Below are positions 13,350 through 26,300 of a DNA stretch of 64,000 nucleotides, one piece after another; the first letter of the stretch is position 1; the number at the start of each line of letters is the position of its first letter. The translations under genes were made by a program, and so were the position numbers. The stretch comes from Isurus oxyrinchus (taxonomy: Eukaryota). The notes beneath the pieces were generated by a model that saw only the letters and a program-made list of their open reading frames with translations, was not told the DNA's origin and searched no databases. The DNA lies in the NCBI GenBank assembly GCA_026770705.1, contig JANJGN010000034.1, positions 4,464,001-4,528,000 on the forward strand, given 5' to 3'.

Positions 13350-14225
13350 AATGTTTAATTGTTTCACCAATGTGGATGATCGAAAATGTGAACTAATTTG
13401 AGAACCATTCAAGACTCCTCAGATACAGAAGCAGTCCATGTCCAAATGCAGCAACACTTGGACAATATCCAGACTTGGGCTAACAAGTGGTAAGTAATAT
13501 TCACGCCGCACAAGTGCCAAGGAATGATAATCTCCAACTAGAGTGAATCTAACCAAGGCTGCTGGCTTCCAATGGCATTACCGTTATTGCTTCTCCTATT
13601 ATCAACATTCTGGGGATTGCCTTTGTCCAGAAACTGCACTGGACTAAGCCTATAGATTCTCTGGCTAGGGGAGCAGGTAGGTGGCTAGCAATCCCGTGGC
13701 GATTAGCTTACTTCCTTACTATCCAAAGCCAGTTCACCCTCCACAAGGCACATGTCAGGAGTGAGGTGGAACGTTCCCATTTGTTTTGCCTACTGGAGCT
13801 CAGCAGCACTCAATAAGCTTGGTCCAGTCCAGGACAAAGCAGTGGCTTGATTGGCACCCCTGCTGCAAACATTCATCCCCTCCACCTGCGATGAACAATG
13901 GCAGCAGTGTTTACCATCTACAAGTAGCAGTGCCGAAGGTCACGAATACCCCTTCATAGCTATGAAAACTGCAAACTTGAAGGGCAATGACAAAAGATAC
14001 ACGGAAAACCATAACCAGGACGTTTCCTATCAAGCTCATCAACATTCTGGCTTGGAGCCATATCGCCATTCCCTCACCATCGCTGTGTTAAAATGATGGA
14101 ACTCCCTCCCCAAATGCAGTGTGGTATAAGAAGTGAGATCTCCACCTCCTTCTCAGTGGCAGTTACGGATGGGCAATAATTGTTGTCTTAGCCAGCGACG
14201 CCCATGTCCGTTAAATTATTTTATT
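13350..14225 (+). mobile_element. HER1-like LINE, 3' fragment
   Basis: gactcctcagatacagaagcagtccatgtccaaatgcagcaa..., ending in tail ggatgggcaataa...gccagcgacgcccatgtcc. Homologous to the reverse complement of 8005-8900. Confidence 0.75.
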
Positions 14226-15206
14226 AAAATTATTTTTTGGAAAAAATGGGCGATAAGCAAAATAATGAGACGTAAGGCCTTCTTAGAAGAGGAGTTATAA
14301 GCTCTTGCATGTCATACGGTAGATAGACGTCCCTTTGTGAAAAATAAGAGCATGCATGACCTTATCATATGCTTACTTCAATGCTCCCAGTTCCTCGACT
14401 AGTGGTTCACTCCCTTGTATGTCAAACATTGGTAGAACCACCCCTTGAGTATAGTAAATGACATGAATGCACTATAATTTGTGGAAGATTGTTCCATTGA
14501 CAGCCGCACCCCTGAGAGATGATGATGCTTGTATTATTTTTATCAAATGTGAAGAAAATTAATTAATTTTATTGGTGCAAAAAACATCTGAAGTGAACTG
14601 GGATGATGGTGGTTCTTCTCAGGGAACCTTATGTCAAAACTTTCATCTTACCCAGGAGAAAGAAACATTTAAAAAAGTATTTCAGCAGATTGAAGAGCAA
14701 TCAAGGAAATTAATGAATAAGTCATCCAGTCCTAGTATGAGCCAGCGCAAAACGAGCCAATTTTAGGAATTGATGCTTTGTCAGGTTTTTTGACTGACAG
14801 AAATTTATGTGATAAGTGCAAAGTGTCATTTCTCTCACTGGGATTTAATGTTACTTCCCCTCAAATTATATCAGTAAAAAAACAAAAAAAAAAAGTATAT
14901 TTGCATTTTTAAGTGTTGCAGTAATTTGCCTCGATGCTCCGGTTTGCATCCGAGCCCCACATTTCCAAAATGGCAACAGTGGCAAAGCTTCATGCGCAAC
15001 TCGCAGTCTGGAACCAGCTTGCAGATTTATTTTTCTAGAATGTCAATACAGAAAGTTTTTTTTTATTTTTTAAAAGTATTATCGTTATTCCATTAAGTGG
15101 CTTCCTGTCAATTGAAAGGCACTAATTCGTTTTGCAAGCGTGAAAAGGAAACATAATTATTTATGAACTAAATTGGGATAAAAATGTTTTTCATTCAATC
15201 ATGCAG

Positions 15207-15242
15207 AACTCAAAGCATGCAAGAAATCTTCAAAAGATCGAG
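15207..15242 (+). CDS. 36-nt phase-1 micro-exon, type C (ELKACKKSSKDR)
   Basis: catgcag|aactcaaagcatgcaagaaatcttcaaaagatcgag|gtaagt. Confidence 0.85.
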
Positions 15243-16288
15243 GTAAGTTAGAGATTTTGATGCGCAAAAGGCTAATAATAAAGAAACGTTGCAATGCTCA
15301 CACACATCAAGTGAGAAACACATCTGCATGTTTCTTAAAAGCGGTTTAACTACGGCTGCAAGTATAGAGAACACACGAGTTTAATAGGTGGTATTAAGTT
15401 ATGCGGAGCTATTAGTTATTCTTATTCTCCCAGAGGATGTTGCTATCTCTTGCAAGGTCGACATCTGTTATTCACCCCACCCCCCAAATTAACCTTTGGA
15501 GCAGTACTGGAATATGTCACAGGTTATGGCAGAGAGGCAAAAACCGCCATTTCATATTATCATACTTCCTAGGTTACGCAATTACTGAAAAACAACGTGG
15601 TAATGTAGGAAGTTGAGACAAGCGATGCCCTCCAACTTTCACTAAGATCATAGATTATTTGCACTCCACTATGTGTAACTCTTTAGTTATGGCAAACTTA
15701 TGAACTCACCTGGCATAAAAGTAAGAAGAATAAAATCAGTGCCTCGGTTTCGAAATATCACACTTATCTCGCCATCCAGCACCGTCTGTGTGCCAATATT
15801 CCCTTCTTCTCATACACTGTTGAAAAGACTTTATTTCTGATCCTCACCTCCCCACAATGCTTCAGGTATCATTAATTTCGTGTCCTTCTTTCTTTCACGG
15901 CTGTCAGTGGAAAGGTTTAATGTCTATCTCTTTTTCTTGAATAATTAAAAAATATCACTCAATAACGTGCTTAATATTTCGTGCTTCAGCTTGGAAAGTT
16001 ATTACTGTTGTACCTAGCTAAACTAAACTATCGCTGTAGCGAATCTGCATTTCCTCACTTCTAAGGCATACATGCATATATACATATACATATAATATAT
16101 AAATATATATAATCAGTTGTGGTATCCTTTACTGAAGGAAAAAAAAAAACTACAAGTGGTTCAACGTGTGATTTATCCAATTGCATAACTGATACAGAAA
16201 CGCTCAGCGTAAACACAACGTTCAATTTATGTTCTAGGGCTTCAAAACAACGTTTATTGATTATTCTGTTTTAAATGGAACCATACAG

Positions 16289-16315
16289 ATGGAAATAATG
16301 AAGCAAAAGAGCAGG
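16289..16315 (+). CDS. 27-nt phase-1 micro-exon, type D (DGNNEAKEQ)
   Basis: catacag|atggaaataatgaagcaaaagagcagg|gtaaat. Lies 1046 nt after exon C. Confidence 0.7.
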
Positions 16316-17965
16316 GTAAATTAACGTGAAACTAATTGTTTGCAATTGTAATAACGGTCTATTTTTTTGTACGTTTGCCAAAGCTCCAAACTAGGTCAAT
16401 TTTTGTTTGAGGAACGTTGGAAAAATGATTAGCCGCTTTTGCATGCCATCATCAGATATAGACGCACTAACAGATTAAACAGTTCTGGTAGTTTGTGGAT
16501 TATCAGCACTCCCTTCGATTAGTATCCTAGGATGTTTTTGCTGTGAAGTACTGAAGATGCAATTCGTTTAGCGGCCCTCTGATTGACGTATTCATTTCTA
16601 AATGTAGATTTTTTTAAAACATTTTGGACGGAAAACTTCCTAAACAAAATCGAAGCACCTGCAACGGCGTAGTCGTAAACTGATGATCGACTTGCTTTGC
16701 ATTTGTTAATATAGGTCTGAATCAGGATAATAAAAATTTGGATGCAAGTGAACAATCCTAGTGCTTGTTGTGCTTCAAATATCCACTTCACAAGAAAAAT
16801 TAACCAGTCATCATATATGATATTGGAAATCTCTGAAATCTGAAAACCCGCATTTTCTTTCTTGAAACTGACCCAAGCGCATAACTTCACAGTCCGCAAC
16901 TGGAATGTTTGCATTTGGGGATGTAGGGATGGGCAGCGTAAAAATCCTGCGTTGTCTTTCCCACCACAGTCCTTCCCACATCGACCTTCCCGAGTTGTAT
17001 ATTGGCACGAGACAAGCATAACAGACCTTGTTCTCAAAAAGGCCAATAAATGGGCGATTCACCGACATTTTAGAGCAGTCTATACGTAGATTCAGCCTCG
17101 AGAATGTCGAGAGATGACGAGGATCGGGGACAGGGGGTGGGGTGATGGCAAAGGTGATGTGATAAGTCATCCTTTTCTGGCCTCGGGCGTTCAACGCCAT
17201 ACTACACAGGACTGTCCATTAAGAAATGTCTCTATCATCTGTCTGGGTCTCCAAATCAACTAGCTGAGGAAATAATATGCACCAGCTGCTGGACTCGGAG
17301 ACTTTCATCCCCGGAAATCCTTGTAATTAAAGACATTACTATGTCTATTTTGCCGCTGCTGCACCCGCAGTGCTGCCGCCAAACTGACTGGCTTGCCGAT
17401 ATGAGTAGAGGGGGCGGACGCACAGTCTCCATGCAATTAGTGGTCATTGGGTCTTTGAATGGACATTGGACCGCCAGTCTACCTGGTATAAGCTTGGATG
17501 GGAGGGACAGCAAAACACATCATTCGAAAAATTCTGCACACGGGACTGCATGTCCTGCTCAATCTATTGTTACCCACAATGCGTTGAATGCATCATCCTT
17601 CAGCGTGATAATTCTGTTAAATGTTCGCCTTGTCCCTATTCTGCCAGGTTTTATATCACCAATTGCGGTCGCTTGATATCTGCCGACATTTTCTGCAGAC
17701 ACGTTAAATTTGCACCCCTGATTCCAACTGCAAACCATTCCGCAAATCCAATTCTTTAACGAAGCTATCCCGCAATTCACACAACATTCTACATGGATCT
17801 TTTTGACAGATTTTTTTTTTAATTCAACCGCGCTGGGGTCACTTTGTAAGGTTGACTATAGTTTTCTATTTGAACTTAAACGAGTTGTGTCTAAAAGCAG
17901 CGTATGGAGGCAAGTTAACTTGTTTGAACTGGACTTCATCATTGATTCTTTGTTCAAAATTTTAG

Positions 17966-18001
17966 AACTCGAAATATGCAAACGAGCTATGAAAGATTTA
18001 G
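17966..18001 (+). CDS. 36-nt phase-1 micro-exon, type A (ELEICKRAMKDL), weak donor
   Basis: aattttag|aactcgaaatatgcaaacgagctatgaaagatttag|gtgaca. Open frame, but the rest of this cassette is decayed. Confidence 0.6.
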
Positions 18002-18413
18002 GTGACAACATTTACTTCTTTCAACTTTTGTAAATCTCCCAACATTATTGAGCACGACTTTTACCTGGATTGGAAGGGTAGCGCAAGACGTATCATGTTG
18101 GCCGTTACGTTTAATCTTTGTCTATTCTCAATTGAATTGACGCCTACAGAACTAAATGTTAAACGGGGTGTAGAACTTGTAGATCATACATTGCAAACCA
18201 ATTAGGACATTCTCGCGAAAGCGTTCGGGGGTCGGGAGCGGGAAAAGTGGTGAGAAAGACGTGATATTAATGCAGTGACGTTTATTGACGATAATATTCA
18301 GCACATGAGGGGTGTTCCGGGTGGTGAATTTAAAAATTGCTTGCCGGACGCCATTTTTGGCGCAATCATATGCTGTTGAATTTCACCCTAAAAAAAATAA
18401 TGCTGTTTATCAG

Positions 18414-18440
18414 AAATAAAGCTGGAAATGAAAAAACTGG
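18414..18440 (+). pseudogene. Decayed type B micro-exon (EIKLEMKKL), donor lost
   Basis: atcag|aaataaagctggaaatgaaaaaactgg followed by ttttgaaattc. The gacg|gtat donor of the paralogues is deleted, while the flanking intron matches 3940-4090. Confidence 0.7.
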
Positions 18441-19422
18441 TTTTGAAATTCAATTACTGCAAAAGCCTGTGATAAGAGTTAACATTAAAATATTGACATG
18501 ATTATCTCACTCAAATCAGTCGGCGTCTTCATCCGTGTTATTTTTAATAATGTGCCTTTCAACATTAGGCAGAAAACAATTGTGCAAACACGGAAAAAAT
18601 GGCGCTTTGCGGATTATAGGTTATCTGCATGTAACCGTACTACGATGCTTGTAATGATAATTAGTGCCATTTTTGACATTAGAGATCACAAATGTCCAAT
18701 TGTGGTCAGATAGTGCAACGTGGCTAAGAAAATTTTCCCTTTCCTGTCGCCCACTTCATACCTTGGAGTTTCAAGTGTTTTTATTTTTTTTTTTTACTAT
18801 CTCCTCCATAACTGTGGGGCAAGTTTGGCATTACTTAGCCATCACTGGAAAAATAAATTCAAGGAAAGCAGTTCACCTCTTAGTAATCAACGATTTTCAA
18901 TTGAAATAATAATTGCAAATGAATGGATGGATGGACCAAAAAAAGAAGAATGTCGCCACGCAGATAACATTTGAGGAATGTTATGAACTGTAATGAGAGC
19001 AATTCCGTGTAGTTCAAGAGCCTGAAATTAAATACGAAATAATAGCAAATATTTTTGCATAGCAGGCAGAGACGAGTTACTGAAATTCAAATACAATATT
19101 TGAGGCTTGAAGTTACCCGTCCTTCTGCTTTCCAGGACTGGAGTATAGAGCACAATATCTGATGCCTCAGTTTAACACGCAGCGATTAGTGTTGTGATGA
19201 CGATCGTTTTAGGACAAAATTAAAACTGACCAGGCTATCAATGCCGCAGATTATGAAATGGTCCCATACTCAGTTAAATAATTGCTGGCACATTAAATGT
19301 ACTAAATATTTTGTTCAATAATTTGAAGCAAATTTCTCCCTGTCTGTGTTGAAGTTTTGGGAAAATGAAATATTTAACACCTTCACAGTTTTAATAGTCA
19401 ATTATAATTTTCCATAACACAG

Positions 19423-19458
19423 AACTCCTTGGTTGCAGACAATCTATAAGAGACCCAG
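19423..19458 (+). pseudogene. Decayed type C micro-exon (ELLGCRQSIRDP), donor GT>AT
   Basis: cacag|aactccttggttgcagacaatctataagagacccag|atacgt. The downstream intron (~19800-19950) resembles ~6560-6700. Confidence 0.7.
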
Positions 19459-20468
19459 ATACGTCAGTGATTTATAACAGCTTATTCGTTATACTCAATT
19501 ATTCCAGATGAGAAAAAAAAGGCTAAAATTTCTTTTCAAAGCTCGACTGCATCAGCACGACAGTTACACTGGGTTTTTTTCTTATCTGCTGCTTGAAAGC
19601 CTAGTATGACTATCACTTATGAATTTGATGTCACGTCTTGTTGAGCTATTGGTTATCATTAAACTTCCACCGGACATGAGTATTGCTAGCGAATTCAACA
19701 TTTGTTGCCCACCCCACAGATGGCTTCTAAACAGAACATTTGTCACAGGGTATGAAAAAAGGCCAAATCCACAGCATTTTTCATATTTTAGATTTGTATA
19801 TTTTCTAGGTGAAACAGACAACGGAGGTGGTGCAACGTGCAGGGAATTCATCCTCACAACTTCCATTTAGAACGTGGATGATTTGCAGTCAACTGCAACT
19901 AACGCCTTAGTTGGCTCACTTATAAACTTGCCGAACATAAAAAGGACCGCCACGGATTGCAATACTGCACTGATCATATATTCTACATCCTATGTGAGGG
20001 AATATTCCATACGGCCCCTGCAGCTGCTGAGAAGTCCTATTTTTATACTCCACACACCACCACCCAACTTTCTCGGTATAACTAATTTCGTGCTCCTCTT
20101 TCATTCTCGGCCATCAGTGGAAATTATTCAAAGCTATCTAGCCAATCTATTAGCCTGAGGACCTGAATTGGATCGTCCATTATCATTCTGAATTCAAATG
20201 GATTCATGATTCGATTTCGAATTGATATTCCAATTTTAACGTAAGATACGCCATTGCATTATTGAACTGTTTTGCCTCTTTTACAAGTCCAGTATTTTCT
20301 TAATCTGTTGCAACGTCCATAAAAAGATGGGAAAACCTAAATAGGGTTCAACATGTGATTTGCCTAACTATATACTTTCTGGCGAGAAAAGCTCCACGTT
20401 ACACAAAAGATCTATATGTTCTACATCTGATCTGTGCCTGCATGAAGTATTTTAATACATTTATACAC

Positions 20469-20495
20469 ATGGAAATACTGCAGCAAACGAGCAGT
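20469..20495 (+). pseudogene. Decayed type D micro-exon, both splice sites mutated
   Basis: atacac|atggaaatactgcagcaaacgagcagt|gcgatg versus atacag|atggaaataatgaagcaaaagagcagg|gtaaat at 16289. The ggttcaac motif is ~125 nt upstream. Confidence 0.7.
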
Positions 20496-21520
20496 GCGAT
20501 GCAAAATTTTGTGTTTACAATCGCAATGAAAGTCGACTTGGTGATTTTTCTCCCAAAGTAGAGCGACGGAAAGTTACATTTGGGTACATTATTGGATGAT
20601 GTTTAAGACGCAATTACCTACTTTTGGAACTGTTAACTTTGTGGGGATGGTACGGAGGGATATGATCTGAGAGAGAATTGTGGCATGTTGATTCAGAGCA
20701 CAATTCCCACATGGTACTTGGATAAGCATTGGCTTGTAAATACAGTTAGTATGCCAGTTCAGCGCTAAAAGTGTGATTAGTTTGTGTAGTTGTGATACGC
20801 AGATCAAATGTTGAATGGCCTGATTTGAGCTGAAATAAATCAACAACTTATTCAAACATATATTAGCCGTAGTAATGCCCCAAAACTACCGACAAAATGA
20901 ATGCATAACTTTTAGTAATCTATAACTGAGCAAATATTTATTTAATATTGTAGAGCCTAATTGCGCTTGATGGAAACAGATCATTTGGCGAAACTGGTCT
21001 ATGCACATCATATTTTATTTGACCGCTCGGCCATTTAGCAGTCCAAAGTGACTCACAAACAGCAGCAATTTTAGTACTTTATGGAAAAATATGCTGAATT
21101 GTACCCAACCTGATTTCTCCATACCCTCGAGCTACCATTTCTCTGAACCTTTCTCCAAACTAGCTCATGTTGCGCCCATGAAACGCTGTCCACTTGAGTA
21201 TCAAGAATTCCCACATTTTGACTGCGACCATAGCTAACAAGATCAACGGGAAACAGGGCTCTCTTTCGACTATTCTCAGAATCCCAATTCCCATTCCAGC
21301 GTAAAACCATCTCACTTAAATGGTGCTTACGCCAGATTTATTTCCAATGCCAGGGGACAGAATCAGATGAGATTTAAAGGAGCATACCGTAGAATTCATT
21401 CATTGAATATGTTCAGTTTGTCACAAAAAATGCTCAGACAATAACAGCTGCTTTGTAAAGTGGTATTTCTACAACAAAACATTATTGTTGTACCCAAGTT
21501 AACAATTCGCTATTATATAC

Positions 21521-21547
21521 AAGAAAAGCTGAAAACAAAAGATCGCA
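21521..21547 (+). pseudogene. Decayed type B micro-exon (EEKLKTKDR), both splice sites mutated
   Basis: atatac|aagaaaagctgaaaacaaaagatcgca|atattt; closely resembles the B copy at 35626. Confidence 0.6.
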
Positions 21548-22411
21548 ATATTTAACTTTGGCTTTCAACTTGGAATCGGAATAGATCTTTCAGCAAGTCA
21601 CGCATTACAAAGGAGAATTAGGGATGGGCAATTAATGCTCTTCTAGTCAGCGATGTTTCGAACTAAGAAAGAATGATGGCAATTTCCACTCCAAAAAGAC
21701 ATATTTCTTAAGGGCTATTAAGGAAATAAACGGACAGAAGAAACCATTTATCCAAGTACCATTTGGAAATTCTCTTAATGTTGTGACAAAAATATTCTGC
21801 GAATGTGGTGCAATATTATTTACAATTGCGATCCTTCAGTCGCTTGATTTAGGCAAGCTGACGTGGTCTGTTCTTCCGCTATCCACAACTGGAAGTTTTC
21901 AATAAAAGGCCCAATTGTTGAGATTTGCACGGGTCAATTAGCATTGGATGTGAGTACCGTGTTGGGCGCTGTTAAAATTTAACCATTTCATACTGGCAGC
22001 AGAATAAAGACGATTTTCAACAGACTCAAACATGATGTCTGGCGTGCTTTACAAAACGAATATTTTACTTAGTATCTTTAACAATTTTCTGCCTAATTAT
22101 TATGAAATTCATATGTAGGTGATATGCAATCACGATTAATTCTGATTCAGTGCAGAGGATCAATTTCAAAAGCCTCGAATAGACCTGGCAAATTAGCAGA
22201 ATGACTTTCTGCAGCCGTGTTTTGTGCAAGTCATTTTTTCAGCTGAATATGGAGGGACAGGTAGAGACTCATCGATGGTAGACCTTCAGTATTGCATGTC
22301 TCAATGTTAATCGTATTTGTGATTTCGGGATAACGCCATTAACAAAAACATTGATCATTATTTCAGCCTTTAATCTGTGGAAATTTTAAATAGCTGGATG
22401 TATTTTTGCAG

Positions 22412-22447
22412 AATCTGGAAAGTCGCTGATAGAACTGAAAGATGCAC
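22412..22447 (+). CDS. 36-nt phase-1 micro-exon, divergent type (ESGKSLIELKDA)
   Basis: tatttttgcag|aatctggaaagtcgctgatagaactgaaagatgcac|gtgaga. Same length and phase as A/C but not an obvious paralogue. Confidence 0.6.
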
Positions 22448-24173
22448 GTGAGAGAACTGAATAATATTTACCAAGTTGTATGAAATAATGATGTGCTTAT
22501 TATAGTTGCAATTGAAAAAAAGGAACATCCCTGTTTTAACTATCACAGCAATATTACGAAAGAGAATGCAAGGTGTTTAGTATTAATTACACTGCTCTTC
22601 CAATAGATTAATACTAGTACGAAGGCCCACAGATCCACCTGCCATGTTTTTTTTTATATACTGACATTTTATGATAGCCAGCAGTATCCATCAGCCGCCT
22701 GTTATTAGAACATCCTTTATGTCTAGTGTCGTTATGCTCAGGAACAGTTAATATGAAGTGCAGGTCCACGTGGAATCCGCCTATTTTCACCGTTAAAATG
22801 CCTAGGCATGTCTCCTCTTGCAACTCGTTAGGGAATTTATACTCTTCTCTCTCAATTTGCTCTTTTGACACCGTTTATGATCTATCAGTTGTCCTCGGTC
22901 CCTTAGTCCAGCCATTCAGGCAATTGTACAATGAATGCAATCTACTTAGTTGTTAAATACGGTGTGATACTCCTACACATCAACTCACTGACTATGTTGA
23001 TGTATTATTCGGATTCCACATCTGAAACCTACGGCTAACAGTTATAGTCCCCAAGGACTACCTCTCCGAATGAATTCATTTTCATTGAAGTATACTTTCA
23101 GATTCTGTGAGATGAACATGCAATGGTGACCTAATTACCTTCATGCGAATGTGGTGGCAGTGGGAGGCAATTTGCTGGTGGGGGAAGTATCAGAATCCGT
23201 AGGTGGAAGCAACAGCACATTTAGAACTTTTTTCAAAAGCGTACTTTCCAATTGTTGAATTGCACCGTGTAAAACGGATTCAGTAAATCATTGGATGATC
23301 AAGAGAGAAGGACACCATTCTGAATGTCTTTTTTCTTCTTCTGGACCCTTGAAAGAGCTATCACGCTAGACCCTGCTCTCGCCCTTCCGTCGCAGTCAAG
23401 AACACATCCCGTAAGATAATAGTAAACCTCCCCTCACATCCCCCTGCGCCATCATTTCAAATTCCCTTTTGAATGGTATTGTAGAATCTGATTCGACCAT
23501 GTGTTTTTGTAATATGCTCCTGAACAAAATTATTCGTTGCGTGAAGCTATTTATTATCTTCTCCCTTTATCACTTATTTTCGCAAGTTTCCACTAATTGG
23601 CTGCTTGATGACAGCGGAGGATGCAACTGTCTCCCGAATTGAGCTAAACGTTCATTATTTAAAATGAGTTAGTTCATCGATAACTAATCGTCTTTAACAT
23701 AAATTGAGTGATCGTACTTCCTCGAATCTTCCAAGATAAATAAGATTTCTGAAACGGAAAAAAAAAAAACATATTATAAGCCTTCAGTGTCATCTCCAAG
23801 CTTTTCCATTCTGCCTTATCTGTGGTGCAAACATTGCGTGGATAATTCTACCTGAAGAATGACACAAGTTTTACATAGTGCTAGCAATCCTTGTCCTTTT
23901 CTCGGCCACTCCAAGACTATTCATAAACATTTCAAACAAGCTGTTCCTGCATTGAATTCTTTATCGATATGTGTGGAGTGTTGTGCATCGTTGTAATACC
24001 ACACCTTTAAAATAATTGTTCAATGAACAAACAAAATAACGGTGGACAGCATGCTGCAAGAGACGGCCCCAGTAAGGGAAAGCTTCTTTTTTATTGATAA
24101 ATTAATGCAGTTAAATGCTATGTGATGATGTGACAACAAGACAATGTCCTGTTTCATTCATGCCTTATTTCAG

Positions 24174-24200
24174 AGGCCAAGCTAAGCCATTGCCAGAAAG
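24174..24200 (+). CDS. 27-nt phase-1 micro-exon, divergent type (Q/E-AKLSHCQK)
   Basis: gccttatttcag|aggccaagctaagccattgccagaaag|gtaagc. Strong sites, and KL sits at the same position as in B exons. Confidence 0.75.
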
Positions 24201-24699
24201 GTAAGCTAACAAATACATTTTTAAAAAGTAATATTTTAAAAACATGAAACTCTTACTTGTGCTTTTTCAGTCGATTTCACTATGCATGCATGTATCAGAC
24301 TAAACTCAATTTTTAACAAATCTCATTATCTTAATTTGTGTAGTTACCAAAAAATTATCCTGCATCTTGGTTGTACCCAGCAACTGATAAACCAAAGCTC
24401 TCAAGCCAGATGATTCTAAATATACAAAGACCTGTGTGTGGAGGGTATTTTGTTCTTTCATTCTGAACAGCGCCAGCTGCCGTTCTGAGGCTGCAATCTC
24501 CATTCTCCATGTGATAATGGAGGAGTTTTAAAAGCGAACTTACCCTTTCAATTTCCTTAATAATTATATATTCGTTAATACAGCATCTCATATCCGTTTC
24601 AATTCCCCAGTTCGTAAGCTCAATATATTCAATTTTAACTCTTTGGACAACACCTCACCCAAGGCACCAGCCGTTCAATATCAGATATAATCATTCAAA

Positions 24700-26300
24700 G
24701 CGGCTATAACTGATAAGGTGCTGGATTTGTCAACCAGAGGCCAGGCTAATGCTGTCATTTTTTTGCGTTCAGATTCCACCAGGGTAACTGGTGGAATATA
24801 AATTATATTAATAAACCTCCAATAAAAAATGCCTCGGTAGTATGTTCATTTATACTCCTTCGGGATAAAAACCAGGTGTCCTTATCTGTCCTGTCCTAAA
24901 AATTGCACCAGAAGCAAAACAATGTCATGAATTCTTAAAACCCTCTGAACTGGCCAAGCTGTGCATATAGTTCCATCCAACCTCTGACAGGTCTATGACA
25001 AAAACATAAAATGCCTCCAAAAGCAAAGCATCAATCTAAGGAGTGGAAATGACAACTGCAAACCCAGCACTGCAAAGATACCCTTACTGCCATTTCGGGA
25101 AGGTGCCAAAATTAGGGTCGCTGCTGCAAAAGCTAGTGAAGAATAGCCTGACATGTTCATACTTTCCGAAGCATAATTGTAATTTGCCAGGTACCACTGT
25201 TAACATCCATGAGTACTACGTGCACCAGTGGCATGAACGCGCCACTAAAGGTGGTGGCACAGAGGTTACAACATTGACTCGGTACTCTATAAATTCTCAT
25301 GGTGTCCCATCAAGGTTGGGCAAGGAAACGTTATCCTGGCTCCCAGATCACCATTTAGAAATCCTCCAACGCCCACTCAGCTGATGAATCGCTTCTCCTC
25401 CATCTTGACAACAACTTGACAGAAACACTTTGTTTGGCACTGCACAGAATTAAGTCTGGCTGGAGGGCTCCAATATCTCACAAGATCAGTGACTTGGTAT
25501 AATAAATACTCACGCTGCTAGCCGAGTCCTGAAAGAAATAGTTGCTATATTGAGTCTTTGGCAGGTGGTTAGAATGAAAGAAGTATATATCCGCTTGAAA
25601 TCTCTTTCACCAATCTGCATTCGGGGATGCATTTGCCAATGCTAGAATGGGCTAGACTTCAATGTCCTTGTGAAGGGGATGTTTCACTATCATATCTCGG
25701 CTGCTCTGCAAACTGTTGTCTAGCTCTACCACATAAAAATAGATAGATTGTGAACACGCCTTGCAACCCAAAACTCGGCATCTATTAGGTCCTTGGGCCC
25801 AGCAGCAGCAGAATTATGCTCAACAGCAATCTGTAACCTCAGGTCAAGGTATATCCCCAAGCCAACCCCTTTGTAGGCAATGAAGAGTGCATTGAGCAGC
25901 AGTGAGCATAACTAAAAAATACATTTCAACCTCGCAACCCTACCATTCAAGACGAGTCGCAGGCAAAACAGCGAAGGCAGCATGCCACAGTAAGATCATA
26001 TCACACAGCTAACATAGCACCCTTAAGTCTGCAGCCTCACCACATCCAGTTATGAATTCTAATGCACAATTAAAAGACTAATAGGCGGGGAAAGTGCAAA
26101 ACTATGTGAATCCTCAATGAAGGCGAGTCTATCATATCATGCAAAACAAAATCCGGAAACATGCGCACCAGCATGAGCCAAAACCTCCGAGTGCATAATG
26201 CATCTTGCGTTCTCCTCATGTCCCCCACATGATAGCTGCAAGCCTTCAGACAATTTGCAACAATCTGCATCATGTAATTTACAAAACGGCTGAGGGTGCT
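24700..26300 (+). mobile_element. 5' part of HER1-like LINE (SINE-like head followed by decayed APE endonuclease region)
   Basis: Head ctggatttgtcaaccagaggccaggctaatgct...gttcagattccaccagggtaactggtggaat resembles the SINE at 495-851. It is followed by ORF text FGKVPKLGSLLQKLVKNSLTCSYF, like the start of a LINE endonuclease. Confidence 0.6.

Noticed and set aside
16519-17759. Cluster of overlapping 70-175 aa ORFs
   Set aside because: No domain recognised, no splice structure; explained by locally higher GC content.
20880-20920. Possible remnant of a type A exon ahead of the dead B at 21521
   Set aside because: Similarity is too weak to call by eye; it contains a stop and lacks an AG.
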